DNA of 64,000 nt, taken from contig CAWDSK010000008.1 of the NCBI GenBank assembly GCA_963804995.1, positions 1-64,000 of the forward strand. The letters run 5' to 3'. A program made the position numbers and the translations under genes. Within the stretch, counting starts at the first letter, position 1. Every line of letters begins with the position of its first letter. The notes under the pieces were generated by a model. That model was given only the letters and a program-made list of their open reading frames with translations, ran no database searches and had not been told where the DNA came from. Shown in pieces: positions 9,570-19,709 of the stretch. The DNA comes from an uncultured Acidobacteriota bacterium (GTDB lineage Bacteria > Acidobacteriota > Terriglobia > UBA7540).

Positions 9570-9827
9570 TCATCGAGTCGTACTAGATCTCACCAGACCC
9601 AATTCGCGCCGGAAGCGCCACAACTCAAAGAAAGCCAGCCAAACATCCGCCAGCCCAATACCGGAAACCGCGCCGCGCAGGAAGTAGTTGCGAGCGATAA
9701 GGGCAAACAGCGGGAAGTGGTCCACAAAATAGTTCTTGCTCCAAAGAGAGACCCACGGAAAGACGAAGAGAAGCAGTCCTATCTCGAAACAGAACACGAT
9801 ATACACGATCGTCAGGAGGCGGCTCAT
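9570..9827 (-). CDS. Small membrane protein
   Basis: 85 aa, two hydrophobic segments, co-oriented between the TPR gene and thiE. Confidence 0.75.
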   Translation of the reverse strand: MSRLLTIVYIVFCFEIGLLLFVFPWVSLWSKNYFVDHFPLFALIARNYFLRGAVSGIGLADVWLAFFELWRFRRELGLVRSSTTR

Positions 9828-9902
9828 GGGTTGGATCGATCCGGGACTGCATCCTCAGATGGGCGGTGGACGCCGCCGCAGTAACCCCGGTTGGAAAGAC
9901 CT

Positions 9903-12900
9903 TTAAACTTTCTGCTGAAGCTCTCGGATCTTTTCGGCAACGTCGCGGAAGTCAATATTCTGGCTGTAAACCTCGGTGAATCTCTCAAGCGCACTGCGCA
10001 TGTCCCCGGCCTGCTCGTACGCCACCCCCAAATCATATTGGAGGGCCAGCATAGCCTCATCTCCAAGGCCCGGTGTTTCAAGCGATTTCTGGTACCATTT
10101 TACCGCGATGGCGGGCATCTTCTTATCCATAAAACAGAGAGCCAGCAGGCTGCACGCCTGGAGGTAATTGGTGGGAAGGTGCCCCTTTCCTGCACCTTTC
10201 ACGACCTTCTGGAATTCTCCGATGGCTTCGTCCAACAAATTCATTTCCCGGAACGCCGTGCCCAGGTTGTAATGCGTTTCGGGATCGTCCTGCTCTTCAG
10301 TTCCCCCTTCCATCTCGGCCAGCAAACCACTGAGCTGTTCGGCGACCTGAGGAGGGGACCCAGCGTGGGGGCCAGCGCCACCCGTTAGCGGTCCGGTTCC
10401 CGACGCCGCAGCGTCGGGAACTGCCACTCCATCCAGAGTGGAAGCGAAATCTCCCACCATATCTCCCAGCAGGTCCGTGCCACCACTCTCTGCTGCCGCA
10501 GACTTCGCGACAACGGGTTCCGCAGGGGGCGGCGTTAGCGGCTGTTCCATAGGAGGCGGGGCGGGCGAGGCCGCGTAAGTCGAGGGAGGCTCCCATTCTT
10601 CAAGCGCCGCCTCTTCGACTATCGGGGCGGGCTCAGGCTCCTCAACCGTTTCGGTGGGCTCAGGCTCAGGGGGAGTCGCAGGCGCTTCCTCTTTAAGCTT
10701 GGTTGCGGGTTCAGCGGTGGGCACTCCACCGGCCCCCTCTTCAACGTGCCGACGGAGTTCCGCCACCGCATCGTTCCCGGGATACTTCTCCTCCAACCCC
10801 ACAACAGCTTTCCGGGCTTCATCTACAAAGCCGTTCTCGAGATAGAAATTGACCTCAACCCAGCTATCCTCAATATCGAAAGGCGCGGGCATTCGAGTAG
10901 GCTCAGGGGGAGTTTCCGGCAGGGAAGGCGGGGCCTCAGGGAGGGCTAAAGCCTCATCGGCAAATAGTGGGGCAGAGGCCGGCGATGGGGCAGCCTCCTC
11001 AGTAATGTGCGGAGCAGGGAACTCCATGGTGACAGCAGGGATCTGCTCGGTCGGTGACGGCGCCTCCTTCACGGGTGGCAGCGCGGTTTCTGAGGCCATT
11101 CCCGCTATGGCCTCAAAATCCCCAGAAAGATCCAACTCCATGGTTTGTTCTGCCAGTGGCGGAGGTGGTTGACTTGGCGCTTCGGCGGGCGCCTTGGGTG
11201 GAGTCAGATCAAAAACAGCCTCACTGGGTGGACGTGAGGCAGTCTCAACCGGCGGCGCAGAAGCAATTGGGGAAACCGAGAAGCCCGCCGTCTGTTCCGG
11301 CCCTTTATCTTTGGGAGATCCGGGTGGAGGTCCAACCGGTTCTTCCGGCTTAAGGGATGGAGTCGGCGGCAGGGGAGCAGGGGGCAAAATATCTGGAGAG
11401 GACCCTTGGGAAGAGGTGTGGGACCGGTACTTACTTGCTGTCTCCTCATCACCCTGCTCCGAGTAGATTCTGGCCAGAGCCGCTGAGGCCGCCGCCGCCC
11501 TGTCTGGAAATCCTTTTCGGCAGATATCCAGAAGGCGCTGAAGAATATCCACTTGGTCGGGATAAACCTTAAGAACCTTATCCAGTTCCGCGATCGCCTT
11601 CTCCACCAGGTTATACCGGGTGAAGAGATCGCTGTTCTCGATGGCCTCTTTCACCATCGCTTCCTGTTCGGTATCGACAAGTGGCGGTTCCGGGGAGGCC
11701 TCAGCTTCGAGTCCCAGCGCCATCTCTGTCACCGTGAACTCCGCCGGGGCAGCCCGGGGGGGCTCCTTACCCAGTTTGTGCATGACCTGCATCAGATATC
11801 CGCGGTAATTCTCGTTTTGCGGCTCACGCCGGGTCAGCTTCTCATAGATGCCTTCGGCCTTCTCCAGATTTCCTTCCTGGACGTACGCGTTTCCCAGGGC
11901 TTCCAGGACCTCCGGCAGAGTGAATTCATCCGCCGTGCGCTCACATACCTTGTAGATAAGTTCCAGCGTTGGGATGTGCCCGGGCTCCTTGTTCCAGATG
12001 AGGCGGAGGGATTCCAGCAAAGGGCCTGTGTTGTTGCGCTCAATGAGCTGATCGGTAACCTCTGCCAATGACTTGTAGGCCGAGTCAACCTGCCCATTTT
12101 CCATGCAGAGCGTTACGAAGCTGGAAATCGGCGTGAAGTCAGAAGGACTGGTGCGGTAGACATCCATCACCAGCTTTTCAGCTTCGGGAAGATTGTGCAT
12201 CGCCAGGTGGCTTTGCAACAGAAGCTGCCTGCCCAATGGGTCCGTGAGCAGTGCGGGGACGGCATCGAGGATCTTCAGGGCTTCCTCGGGTTGCTTCCCC
12301 GCTATTGCCATCCGGGCCCGCAGGAGTTGAATTTTGGGATTCTTCGGGTCCAGCTCCGCAGCCTTCTTTAAGGTGATTTCGGCGGACGCCGAGTCGTTGC
12401 GACGGATGGAACTCTCCGCAGATTCCAGATAGGCCTGCGCGGCCTCTTCCGGCCTCCCGGCTTGTTCGCATTCCGCGGCAAGACGGGCGCGGAAGTTGCT
12501 GTTATCCGGATCCAATAGCACCAGCTTGCGGAGGACTTCCAGGGTGCGGTCGGGCTGCTTGCGTTTCCTATAGGATTCCGCGGCTTGCAGATACTGCTCG
12601 CGCGATTCCCGGCTCAAACCCTGGAGCTGGTAAAGCTCCGCCAGTTTCAGGACCGTGTCCACGGAATTGGGATCGAACTTGATGATCTTCCGGTAGATTG
12701 CAATAGCCTTGACGTTGAAACCATCGTGGACGTAGGCCTCCGCCAACCGGTGGAATTGCCGGATCGCCTCAGTAACATTGCGTTCGCGGATGTAAAGGTC
12801 GCCAACAGTGTTGAGCAGTGACACATCGGAGGGATCTCTTTCAATAATATCCAGGTAGAGCTTGATGGCCTGAGAAGTCTTGCCTTGCGCTACACACTTC

Positions 12901-12938
12901 TCAGCCTCTTGAAGTACCCTGGCTTTGTAAAAAGCCAT
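9903..12938 (-). CDS. Large tetratricopeptide-repeat protein with Pro/Glu-rich linker and C-terminal TPR domain
   Basis: Many TPRs at the N-terminus, a ~350-aa low-complexity linker, C-terminal DDPETHYNLG...LDEAIGEFQK. Confidence 0.9.
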   Translation of the reverse strand: MAFYKARVLQEAEKCVAQGKTSQAIKLYLDIIERDPSDVSLLNTVGDLYIRERNVTEAIRQFHRLAEAYVHDGFNVKAIAIYRKIIKFDPNSVDTVLKLAELYQLQGLSRESREQYLQAAESYRKRKQPDRTLEVLRKLVLLDPDNSNFRARLAAECEQAGRPEEAAQAYLESAESSIRRNDSASAEITLKKAAELDPKNPKIQLLRARMAIAGKQPEEALKILDAVPALLTDPLGRQLLLQSHLAMHNLPEAEKLVMDVYRTSPSDFTPISSFVTLCMENGQVDSAYKSLAEVTDQLIERNNTGPLLESLRLIWNKEPGHIPTLELIYKVCERTADEFTLPEVLEALGNAYVQEGNLEKAEGIYEKLTRREPQNENYRGYLMQVMHKLGKEPPRAAPAEFTVTEMALGLEAEASPEPPLVDTEQEAMVKEAIENSDLFTRYNLVEKAIAELDKVLKVYPDQVDILQRLLDICRKGFPDRAAAASAALARIYSEQGDEETASKYRSHTSSQGSSPDILPPAPLPPTPSLKPEEPVGPPPGSPKDKGPEQTAGFSVSPIASAPPVETASRPPSEAVFDLTPPKAPAEAPSQPPPPLAEQTMELDLSGDFEAIAGMASETALPPVKEAPSPTEQIPAVTMEFPAPHITEEAAPSPASAPLFADEALALPEAPPSLPETPPEPTRMPAPFDIEDSWVEVNFYLENGFVDEARKAVVGLEEKYPGNDAVAELRRHVEEGAGGVPTAEPATKLKEEAPATPPEPEPTETVEEPEPAPIVEEAALEEWEPPSTYAASPAPPPMEQPLTPPPAEPVVAKSAAAESGGTDLLGDMVGDFASTLDGVAVPDAAASGTGPLTGGAGPHAGSPPQVAEQLSGLLAEMEGGTEEQDDPETHYNLGTAFREMNLLDEAIGEFQKVVKGAGKGHLPTNYLQACSLLALCFMDKKMPAIAVKWYQKSLETPGLGDEAMLALQYDLGVAYEQAGDMRSALERFTEVYSQNIDFRDVAEKIRELQQKV

Positions 12939-12981
12939 CTATCCGCTCCGTCTGCCCCACAGTTTAGAGGACTATCGCTAA

Positions 12982-13010
12982 AACGTAACATACCCCCCTA
13001 TTCAAGTCAA
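12982..13010 (-). promoter_or_regulatory. Putative sigma70 promoter for the TPR operon
   Basis: Minus strand reads TTGACT-17 bp-TACGTT with a TG extension, ~45 bp upstream of the ATG. Confidence 0.45.
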
Positions 13011-13198
13011 CGGACTGGGAGCCGTTCTCGCTGCCTCGCCTATGCTCAGTAAGCCATTACAGCACTAGAGGTTGGCAAAGGCCGGGGGGATCTGGCCAGA
13101 AACATGCCGTCCCGATCCTTGGCCGATTCCTGTTGCAAAGCGGTCTGGGGGGCGCATCTCCCATACACCTTGACTGAGGTTAAAAGCACACTAAGTCG

Positions 13199-14077
13199 TT
13201 ACTTCTCAACCGGTAGTTCGGGCAAAACGCTCCAATCTTCCCAGGAGCCGTCGTAAAGACGAATATGAGAGTACCCTAGCAAACGGAGTCCGAAGTAAAT
13301 CTCAGAAGCGCGGATCCCCATCTGGCAGTAAGGAATGACCTCCTGCGCGGGAGTCACACCAGCGGCAGAGAATATTCTCCCCAAGGTCGCAGCATCCAGG
13401 AAGCTCTTCACTTCACCGGAATCTATCATCTCGGTCCACACGATGTTAACCGCCCCCGGAATCCTGCCGCCGCGTGGGCCCAGTACCTTTTCGCCTCGGT
13501 ATTCCTCCGGAGTGCGAGCGTCCACTAGCTTGACGTTGGGGGCCTTCAGGTGTTCCACCACATATTGCGCAGTTGCCAACCGGGAACTTTGTGGGTCGGG
13601 GCGAAAGTCTCCTGGCTGAACTTTCGGCACATCTGTTGAGAGCGACTGCCCGGCACTCAGCCACTTTTTGATCCCACCATTCAAAACCTGGACATGCGTT
13701 TGGCCGAAAAACTCCAAGACGTAAAACACGCGCGCTGCAAACCTGTTTCCCTGGTCATCGTACAGAATCACCCGAGAGGAGTTGTTGATGCCCGCGTTCC
13801 GGAACAACTCCTGGGCACGATCAGGGAACAGGGGATACCCTTGACGGTTGGCGGCGAGGTCATCCGTCAGCAGCGCCGACAAGTTGACTGCCCCAGCTAT
13901 ATGCCCCTGCTGATATTCCTGCGGTGGCCGCACGTCCAGCACGCACACACCAGGACTGCCCAGAATTCCAGTAAGCTCCGGGGGCTCGATTAGAAGTTGC
14001 GGGTTCTGGTAGGCGGGCGATTGTGCCTCAGCGCGCATCGCCATCGCCATCAGAAGCAACGAGATTGCTGCTCCCAT
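13199..14077 (-). CDS. Two-domain sulfurtransferase (rhodanese) with signal peptide
   Basis: LDVR...YQQGHIAGA, LVDAR, active-site loop YCQMGIRAS, LYDGSWEDW. Confidence 0.9.
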   Translation of the reverse strand: MGAAISLLLMAMAMRAEAQSPAYQNPQLLIEPPELTGILGSPGVCVLDVRPPQEYQQGHIAGAVNLSALLTDDLAANRQGYPLFPDRAQELFRNAGINNSSRVILYDDQGNRFAARVFYVLEFFGQTHVQVLNGGIKKWLSAGQSLSTDVPKVQPGDFRPDPQSSRLATAQYVVEHLKAPNVKLVDARTPEEYRGEKVLGPRGGRIPGAVNIVWTEMIDSGEVKSFLDAATLGRIFSAAGVTPAQEVIPYCQMGIRASEIYFGLRLLGYSHIRLYDGSWEDWSVLPELPVEK

Positions 14078-14252
14078 ATGTCACCTTTTAATTATAGGCA
14101 CCCCTTGGGGTGCCTTGGGCAGTCCGAGGCCGACCCCTGAAAGACATGTTTGAATGCGGCTATGCCACACTGCAATGCAATACCGTAAATTCTTGTTTTT
14201 TTAGCAAACATTTTGGGGGGCGCATTGAAAGTCGCGACTTCGATCCAAGGAA

Positions 14253-14382
14253 CCCCTCATCCGCTTCGTACCTCAGCACCTTCTCCCCTGGGAGAAGGTT
14301 GGAAGTCAAACCGCCCTCTCCGAGGGGAGAGGGTGGACCGCCGCCGGCGTTTTCATCAGCCGGGGCGGGACGGGTGAGGGGT
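14253..14382. repeat. Gene-less doublet of the CCCTCTCC/GGAGAGGG repeat that flanks the DUF559 gene
   Basis: CCCCTCA...CCTTCTCCCCTGGGAGAAGG followed by CCCTCTCCGAGGGGAGAGGGTGGACCGCCGCCGGCGTTTTCATCAGCCGGGGCGGGACGGGTGAGGGG. Confidence 0.85.
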
Positions 14383-14477
14383 TACTTCACCACCCGTTGA
14401 GCAGACCTGCAACAAACTATGGAACTAGCAGCGCCTTTTCTAGTTTGGTTGCGGCTATGCCGCGCAGCGCTGCCCGT

Positions 14478-14708
14478 TCACGCCGGCTTGGGCGCGGGAG
14501 GCGGCAGCGTCCGGGCGGTGATTTCCGACTGAAAATTGACTTTCCTGTGCGTGCCGTCGCAAAAGGGCTTATTCTCCGAATGCCCGCAGCGGCAGAGGCC
14601 GATCGTGGTTCGCCCTGACAAATCGAAGACGTTGCCATTCTCGTCACAAATCGTGAACTCGCCTTCCACTCGTACCGAACCATTATTCCTAATCGTGATT
14701 TTTGCCAA
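14478..14708 (-). CDS. CDGSH iron-sulfur domain protein
   Basis: LCRCGHSENKPFCDGTH motif; GGAGG RBS. Confidence 0.92.
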   Translation of the reverse strand: MAKITIRNNGSVRVEGEFTICDENGNVFDLSGRTTIGLCRCGHSENKPFCDGTHRKVNFQSEITARTLPPPAPKPA

Positions 14709-14763
14709 AATGCCCTCCAGTAGAATAAGTGCTCAAAGTTGGTTATGCCGACAACCGCTTGCT

Positions 14764-15312
14764 CTACGGCTTTGAAGCATCGCTCACCCCAAGCGTTCTT
14801 GGCTCCACAAGGCGCGGTGCGGGTGTCTTGAGAGCGTTCAATACCCCCTGTCGTCCCGGCGTCATCCACTCTGCGTGCCGTAAGGCCAAGCCGAACGGTT
14901 TGAGAAGCACAAGAATCAAGATACCAGTAAATACCAGCGCGATGGCGCCGTGCAGGGCCATGCATTCACCGCGGCGCAACTCAACCTTCCCGGCCTGGAA
15001 CGCCACGGTACGAAAGTAGAGCCGGAGGTCCAGCACGATCAGGATCACGACCAGCAGCAGCTTCGCGTGCAGCCAATGTTCCCGCAGATAATGGGGGTCT
15101 TGTGCGATTAGAAGGCTACCAGTGATCACCATCAGCGCTGCGCCTGGGTGCGCCAGCCCTTTGAAGAGTTTCAATTCCACGCGGCTCAGGGTGGCACGGG
15201 CTTCAGGAGAAGGTTCCTCGGTGTGCACCGCCAGGATGTGAGAGACAGCCAGCAGACTTCCCATCCAAAAAACCAGCCCCATGATGTGAAATACCAACGT
15301 CCATGCAACCAT
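14764..15312 (-). CDS. HemJ/CopD-family membrane protein (protoporphyrinogen oxidase HemJ-like)
   Basis: FHIMGLVFWMGSL, HPGAALMVITG, WLHAKLLLV; four TM helices. Confidence 0.75.
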   Translation of the reverse strand: MVAWTLVFHIMGLVFWMGSLLAVSHILAVHTEEPSPEARATLSRVELKLFKGLAHPGAALMVITGSLLIAQDPHYLREHWLHAKLLLVVILIVLDLRLYFRTVAFQAGKVELRRGECMALHGAIALVFTGILILVLLKPFGLALRHAEWMTPGRQGVLNALKTPAPRLVEPRTLGVSDASKP

Positions 15313-15543
15313 GACACCTCCTGGAAAATCTGATCATCGGACCATTGAGCCATCGGTCCATTGAAAGAGCCGAGAATATTGACCCGTCGTCGGGTGTTTG
15401 CCAATGACTACTCGCCACTCACCACTCGTTTCGTGATCCTCAATGGCCAGATGACCCGATGGCCCGGTCACACAATTCCTTCAGTTGACGCCCTCGACCA
15501 CTTCTGGGAAAATGAACCTACATTCAGGGCGAGGAGGACCAAC

Positions 15544-15909
15544 TTGTCTGAGTACTACATCCCCGTCGGGGAGGTCGTCAAGAGCGAGCCGAAATCCATC
15601 GGTATCGAGACGCCGCGCAAGAAGCGGCCCAAGGAACTCGCCGTCATTACGGAATGTTGCACCGGCTGCTCAGGCTCGCCCGCTTGCGTCCCTTACTGCC
15701 CCGTCGCGGACTGCATGTACTGGGTCCCAGACCCCGATCATCCGCCCTTTGGCCGCATCGAAGTCGATCCGGCACTCTGTATCGGCTGCAAGAAATGCAC
15801 CAGCAAAGGCCCCGACGGTAGCTTCCTGGATGGCTGCCCCTGGGATGCCATTGAGATGGTGCCTACCGAAGAGGTTGAGACTCATCTCGGCATCAAGTTT
15901 TCGGTGTAA
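15544..15909 (+). CDS. 4Fe-4S dicluster ferredoxin-like protein
   Basis: CCTGCSGSPACVPYCP and CIGCKKC...CPWDAI; GAGGAGG RBS before TTG at 15544. Confidence 0.85.
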   Translation: MSEYYIPVGEVVKSEPKSIGIETPRKKRPKELAVITECCTGCSGSPACVPYCPVADCMYWVPDPDHPPFGRIEVDPALCIGCKKCTSKGPDGSFLDGCPWDAIEMVPTEEVETHLGIKFSV

Positions 15910-15924
15910 CCTTCGACGCGCCAC

Positions 15925-16854
15925 TTAACCTTTTCCTCTCGCCACACGCTCGCGGATGGCATGCGCTGTTGCCTCCGCCTGTTTTCGCACTCGCTCTGGT
16001 ACGTTGGCAGCGCCCCGCGTCCAGCGGTCCACGTCTCCGAGATCGTCAGGCTTTCCCACCAGATAGAGCGCGCGTAATGACTCGACCACCTGTGTTTCAT
16101 CAGGCTCGATAATCGCCAGCGTCTCTCCCGCGGCTACCACCGTTCCGTCCTTTGCGATAAAACGTGCCAGGGTTCCACCCAGTGGCGAGAGAACGTCCCG
16201 CTGCTTGTCACTTCCGGGCGGACGGATGCGGGCGATGATACTGCCATTTCGAACCTCGTCTTGTTCCTTCATGCGGAACTTCAATGTGCCGGAATCCGCG
16301 GCTACCAGGGTGAACGGCTGCAGCATGCTTCTTAACTGGGGCGCCCCGCTTGTGTCGTCAAAGCGCACCAGCCCCAGCGCGGCGTTCCAGCGCACCATGG
16401 GTATGGGGTCATCGAGGAGCCTGCGCAAAGCCTGGTGAAATTCCTCCGAGTGATTATCTTGCCCCATGGCCCAGGCGGCCTCCAGGCGTATTTGCGATTC
16501 GCGGTTATCGGCCAGGGCGAGGAGTTCGGGATACCATTGCTTGACGGTTGGGTCGCCCCGCGCCATGCGGTCAGATAGCTGCGCGAGCGCGTGCTGGGTT
16601 TTGTGCGGCACCGAGGTGTCCGTCAGGCACTGCCGCATTTCCTGGTCGCCGAGTTCCCGCCCAAACCAGGTTTGATACCAGAAAAGAAAAGTGATAAGGA
16701 CAAGCAGGATGGGAACGATGACGATGGCCGTGTTGCGCGGCGATCCCAGCGCCATGCTACCCCGCGCGGGCGGGGATGGCATGACTCCATCTGGAGGGGC
16801 ATCCTCAGTATCTTGCGGTCTCAACGCGTCTGGCAAATCGATTCCTCGATCCAA
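15925..16854 (-). CDS. Membrane-anchored HEAT-repeat protein with a biotinyl/lipoyl-like insert
   Basis: TM helix, HEAT motifs (IRLEAAWAMG, VRWNAALGL), DVLSPLGGTLARFIAKDGTVVAAGETLAII. Confidence 0.8.
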   Translation of the reverse strand: MDRGIDLPDALRPQDTEDAPPDGVMPSPPARGSMALGSPRNTAIVIVPILLVLITFLFWYQTWFGRELGDQEMRQCLTDTSVPHKTQHALAQLSDRMARGDPTVKQWYPELLALADNRESQIRLEAAWAMGQDNHSEEFHQALRRLLDDPIPMVRWNAALGLVRFDDTSGAPQLRSMLQPFTLVAADSGTLKFRMKEQDEVRNGSIIARIRPPGSDKQRDVLSPLGGTLARFIAKDGTVVAAGETLAIIEPDETQVVESLRALYLVGKPDDLGDVDRWTRGAANVPERVRKQAEATAHAIRERVARGKG

Positions 16855-17097
16855 ACGGAATGCTCTGGGTTTGCGGTGTCTGTTCAGCCTGGCAAATACC
16901 CATTATATGAGAATCAACTGCGCGGCCACGAAAAATCCAGTTGTGGTGCAGTTTGGTGTAGTGGGGTTCGTCGCCTGCCTGGATTTGGCGGGGAGCGCCG
17001 GAATATGTTGAATGAAAAGTCAGCGGTCACAGACGGCCGCTACAGCGCGCCAAATGTGGTTTTCACCCAGGCCCTGAAGAGCCTGAGCCAGACGCAT

Positions 17098-17886
17098 TCA
17101 GTTTACATTCTTCAATAGCGACGCTGAGTTCATGTCCAATAGAATGGTGGCCTGCGGATGCGTGCGCACGATGGAGCCCGGGCATTTGGTTGAAAGCGGG
17201 CCTTCGAGCGCGTTTTTGACGGCCTCCGCCTTGCGCAGTTCGGGGACGCTGCAAATCAGATTTTGGACCTTCATCAGCATCGGGCAGGTCACCGTGATGG
17301 CCGTGGGGGGAACGCTTGCGAAGTTTGCAAAGTGTCCCTCACCAGCCTGTTGCCTGCGGCAGGGCTCATCCAACTCAACCACTTTGATGTTCAACGGGTC
17401 ACGGAAGTCTGCGACGTGCGGGTCGTTGAAAGCGATGTGGCCATTTTCTCCAAATCCCATCGTGCACAAAGTTATGGGCGCCTCCTGGAGAAGTCTTTCG
17501 TAGCGGCGCGCCTCGGCAGCGAGATCCGCCGCATTGCCATCCAGAAAGTTGACCTTGCCGGGATGGACCACATCTACAAAGTGGGTGATGATCCAGTGGC
17601 GCAAGCAGCCGCCGTGGGTCACCGGCAGTCCCACATACTCATCCATGTGAAAAAGCTCGAGGCGCGACCAGTCCACGTCACGATCTTCGGCCAAGGTTGA
17701 AACCAGATCTTCCTGGGAATTCCCGGTTGCCATGATCAGCCGGGCTCGCCCATCCTTCGCTATTGCCTCCCGCAGAATCGCGGAAGCCCTGAGGGCTCCG
17801 GCCTTTCCCACTTCGGCTTTGGACGAATAGATTTCGACTTCAGAACGACCAACATGAAAAGCGCGGATAGGTGATGGTTGCGACAT
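17098..17886 (-). CDS. nagB: Glucosamine-6-phosphate deaminase / 6-phosphogluconolactonase family
   Basis: ATGNSQ, FHMDEYVGL, GFGENGHIAFNDP. Confidence 0.85.
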   Translation of the reverse strand: MSQPSPIRAFHVGRSEVEIYSSKAEVGKAGALRASAILREAIAKDGRARLIMATGNSQEDLVSTLAEDRDVDWSRLELFHMDEYVGLPVTHGGCLRHWIITHFVDVVHPGKVNFLDGNAADLAAEARRYERLLQEAPITLCTMGFGENGHIAFNDPHVADFRDPLNIKVVELDEPCRRQQAGEGHFANFASVPPTAITVTCPMLMKVQNLICSVPELRKAEAVKNALEGPLSTKCPGSIVRTHPQATILLDMNSASLLKNVN

Positions 17887-17965
17887 GATTTTCCCTCAAG
17901 ATTGAGATTGGGCAGGGAAGACCCTGCCGAAATCGTTCGCCCTTCGAAACCAAGGTGAGAAAGTC

Positions 17966-19372
17966 TTACGGCGGCCCGGGAATCCCGACCGGGTTGAAGA
18001 ACCTGCCCGAGGGGGCAGTGAACACTCGCAGAGTGACAGAACCCACTCTCTCGCCGTCTACATCGGCGTTCCAGGTAACCACTTGCCACTCGGCCGAAGT
18101 GGGCGTCCTAGCCATCAGCTTCGCCTCAACGGGATAAACGCTATGGGCTCGAACCGGATAGCGGGCCATGCCTTTGAGTGCCTTCCAACCTGCCGGCAGG
18201 ACCGCTGTGAGATCTACTTCGTGTGGTTCGCCGGTGTCGTTACGGATCACCAAATTTACACTGTAGGGAGAATCCGGGCCCGCCTTAAAGCCAAGTTCTG
18301 GTGCATGCAGCTTGCCGATATTTTCGATGTTGTGGGCTGGCCAGAACCCGCGGTAGAAAGACCAGGGGCTTCCGAGTTCGACAGAAATTCCTTTGTGCGA
18401 TTCAGCCTGATACCCGGGCGCAGGGACATAGGGAATCGAATTCGGAACGACGCCTTCAAAAACGTCGCCTGTCTTGCTGGACTTCACCAGCGATTTGCCC
18501 ATGATCAATTGGACTGGTTGGTGATACTCATGCAGGTCCCCTTTGGCGAGCGCTTCCTGAGCGGGCACGCCTTCACCCTGGGTGAGGTAGCTGCTGATCT
18601 CTTCCGCAGACAGCTTGTAATAGGGCACGCCGCGCGAGGGTGAAACGTCAGTGGTTACGTAGGTGGGGCCGGCGCCTTCAAGAAAGTCCGCATGCGAAGT
18701 GTCGGAAAAGTAATAAAGCTTCTGCGGCTGCCAGGGGTGCAAGCCCTCCTTCAGGTTGGCATAGCCGCGATAATCGATCGGCGGCGTCACTTGTTCTGCA
18801 AACGCTAAGGGATTCCCGGCGAGATCAAAAGCTTCTGTGGCCAGGATACCAGACGCCGCGTGGTCAGAATGGTTTTCGCCCACCACGTAGTCAGGAAGCC
18901 AGGTGATGACAACCTCCGGCCGCGTGAGCCGGATCAAGCGCACGGTTCTTTCCAGCACCTCGCCGTGCGACCATTTCTCGAGCGATCCCAGCGGATCCTC
19001 GGTCGGCTCGCCGATGTTGGGAGCGTCCAGGAACCAGACACTGAGAATCCCCAAAGCGGCGAGCCCGCGACGCGCCTCCATCTCGCGCTCCAAAGCCAGG
19101 GAAGCCGCCTGTTCATAACCGATTTGGTTTGCGCCATGGTCTCCGCGAGTCGCGTAAACGACCGCGACGTGTTTGTGTTCGTCGCAAACAGCCCTCGCCA
19201 GGTAGCCGATGACCAGGATTTCGTCGTCGGGATGAGCGACAACCACCAGGATGTCGGCCTTGAGACGGTCATCGGGCAGGGGACTCTCGGGAGCCTTTGG
19301 AAGCTGCGCCGATGCTGGCCGCGTCAAGAGAATTGGCATCAGTAAGGCGACTAAGATGTGGCGAACTCGCAT
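17966..19372 (-). CDS. Secreted PIG-L family deacetylase
   Basis: VAHPDDE, TRGDHG, NHSDH; signal peptide. Confidence 0.88.
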   Translation of the reverse strand: MRVRHILVALLMPILLTRPASAQLPKAPESPLPDDRLKADILVVVAHPDDEILVIGYLARAVCDEHKHVAVVYATRGDHGANQIGYEQAASLALEREMEARRGLAALGILSVWFLDAPNIGEPTEDPLGSLEKWSHGEVLERTVRLIRLTRPEVVITWLPDYVVGENHSDHAASGILATEAFDLAGNPLAFAEQVTPPIDYRGYANLKEGLHPWQPQKLYYFSDTSHADFLEGAGPTYVTTDVSPSRGVPYYKLSAEEISSYLTQGEGVPAQEALAKGDLHEYHQPVQLIMGKSLVKSSKTGDVFEGVVPNSIPYVPAPGYQAESHKGISVELGSPWSFYRGFWPAHNIENIGKLHAPELGFKAGPDSPYSVNLVIRNDTGEPHEVDLTAVLPAGWKALKGMARYPVRAHSVYPVEAKLMARTPTSAEWQVVTWNADVDGERVGSVTLRVFTAPSGRFFNPVGIPGPP

Positions 19373-19709
19373 GAATGTTCATTCTCCTTTCGGGTTACTG
19401 CTTTTTGCTCTGTCAGGTCGAGCGGAATGACACGCTTGATTCCTTCGCATGCCCCGCGGTCATTATACTTATCCATTGGCTTGCCTGTCATATCATTGAC
19501 GGCGCGGTTTCCCACGACCCTGCGTAGTTCGTGTTCACAATGCTATACTGCGCCCTGCCGTATATGGCGGGGTTGAGTCGAATAACGAAGTGACAATCAG
19601 AAAGCTCCTTTTATGGGGCAAAGCGACCTTGGCAGCCAGATAAATCCGATGGGCGCCCAAGCGTCGTCATGAATTTCTCAGCAACTTGCACTGAAACCTG
19701 GAGCGCACC

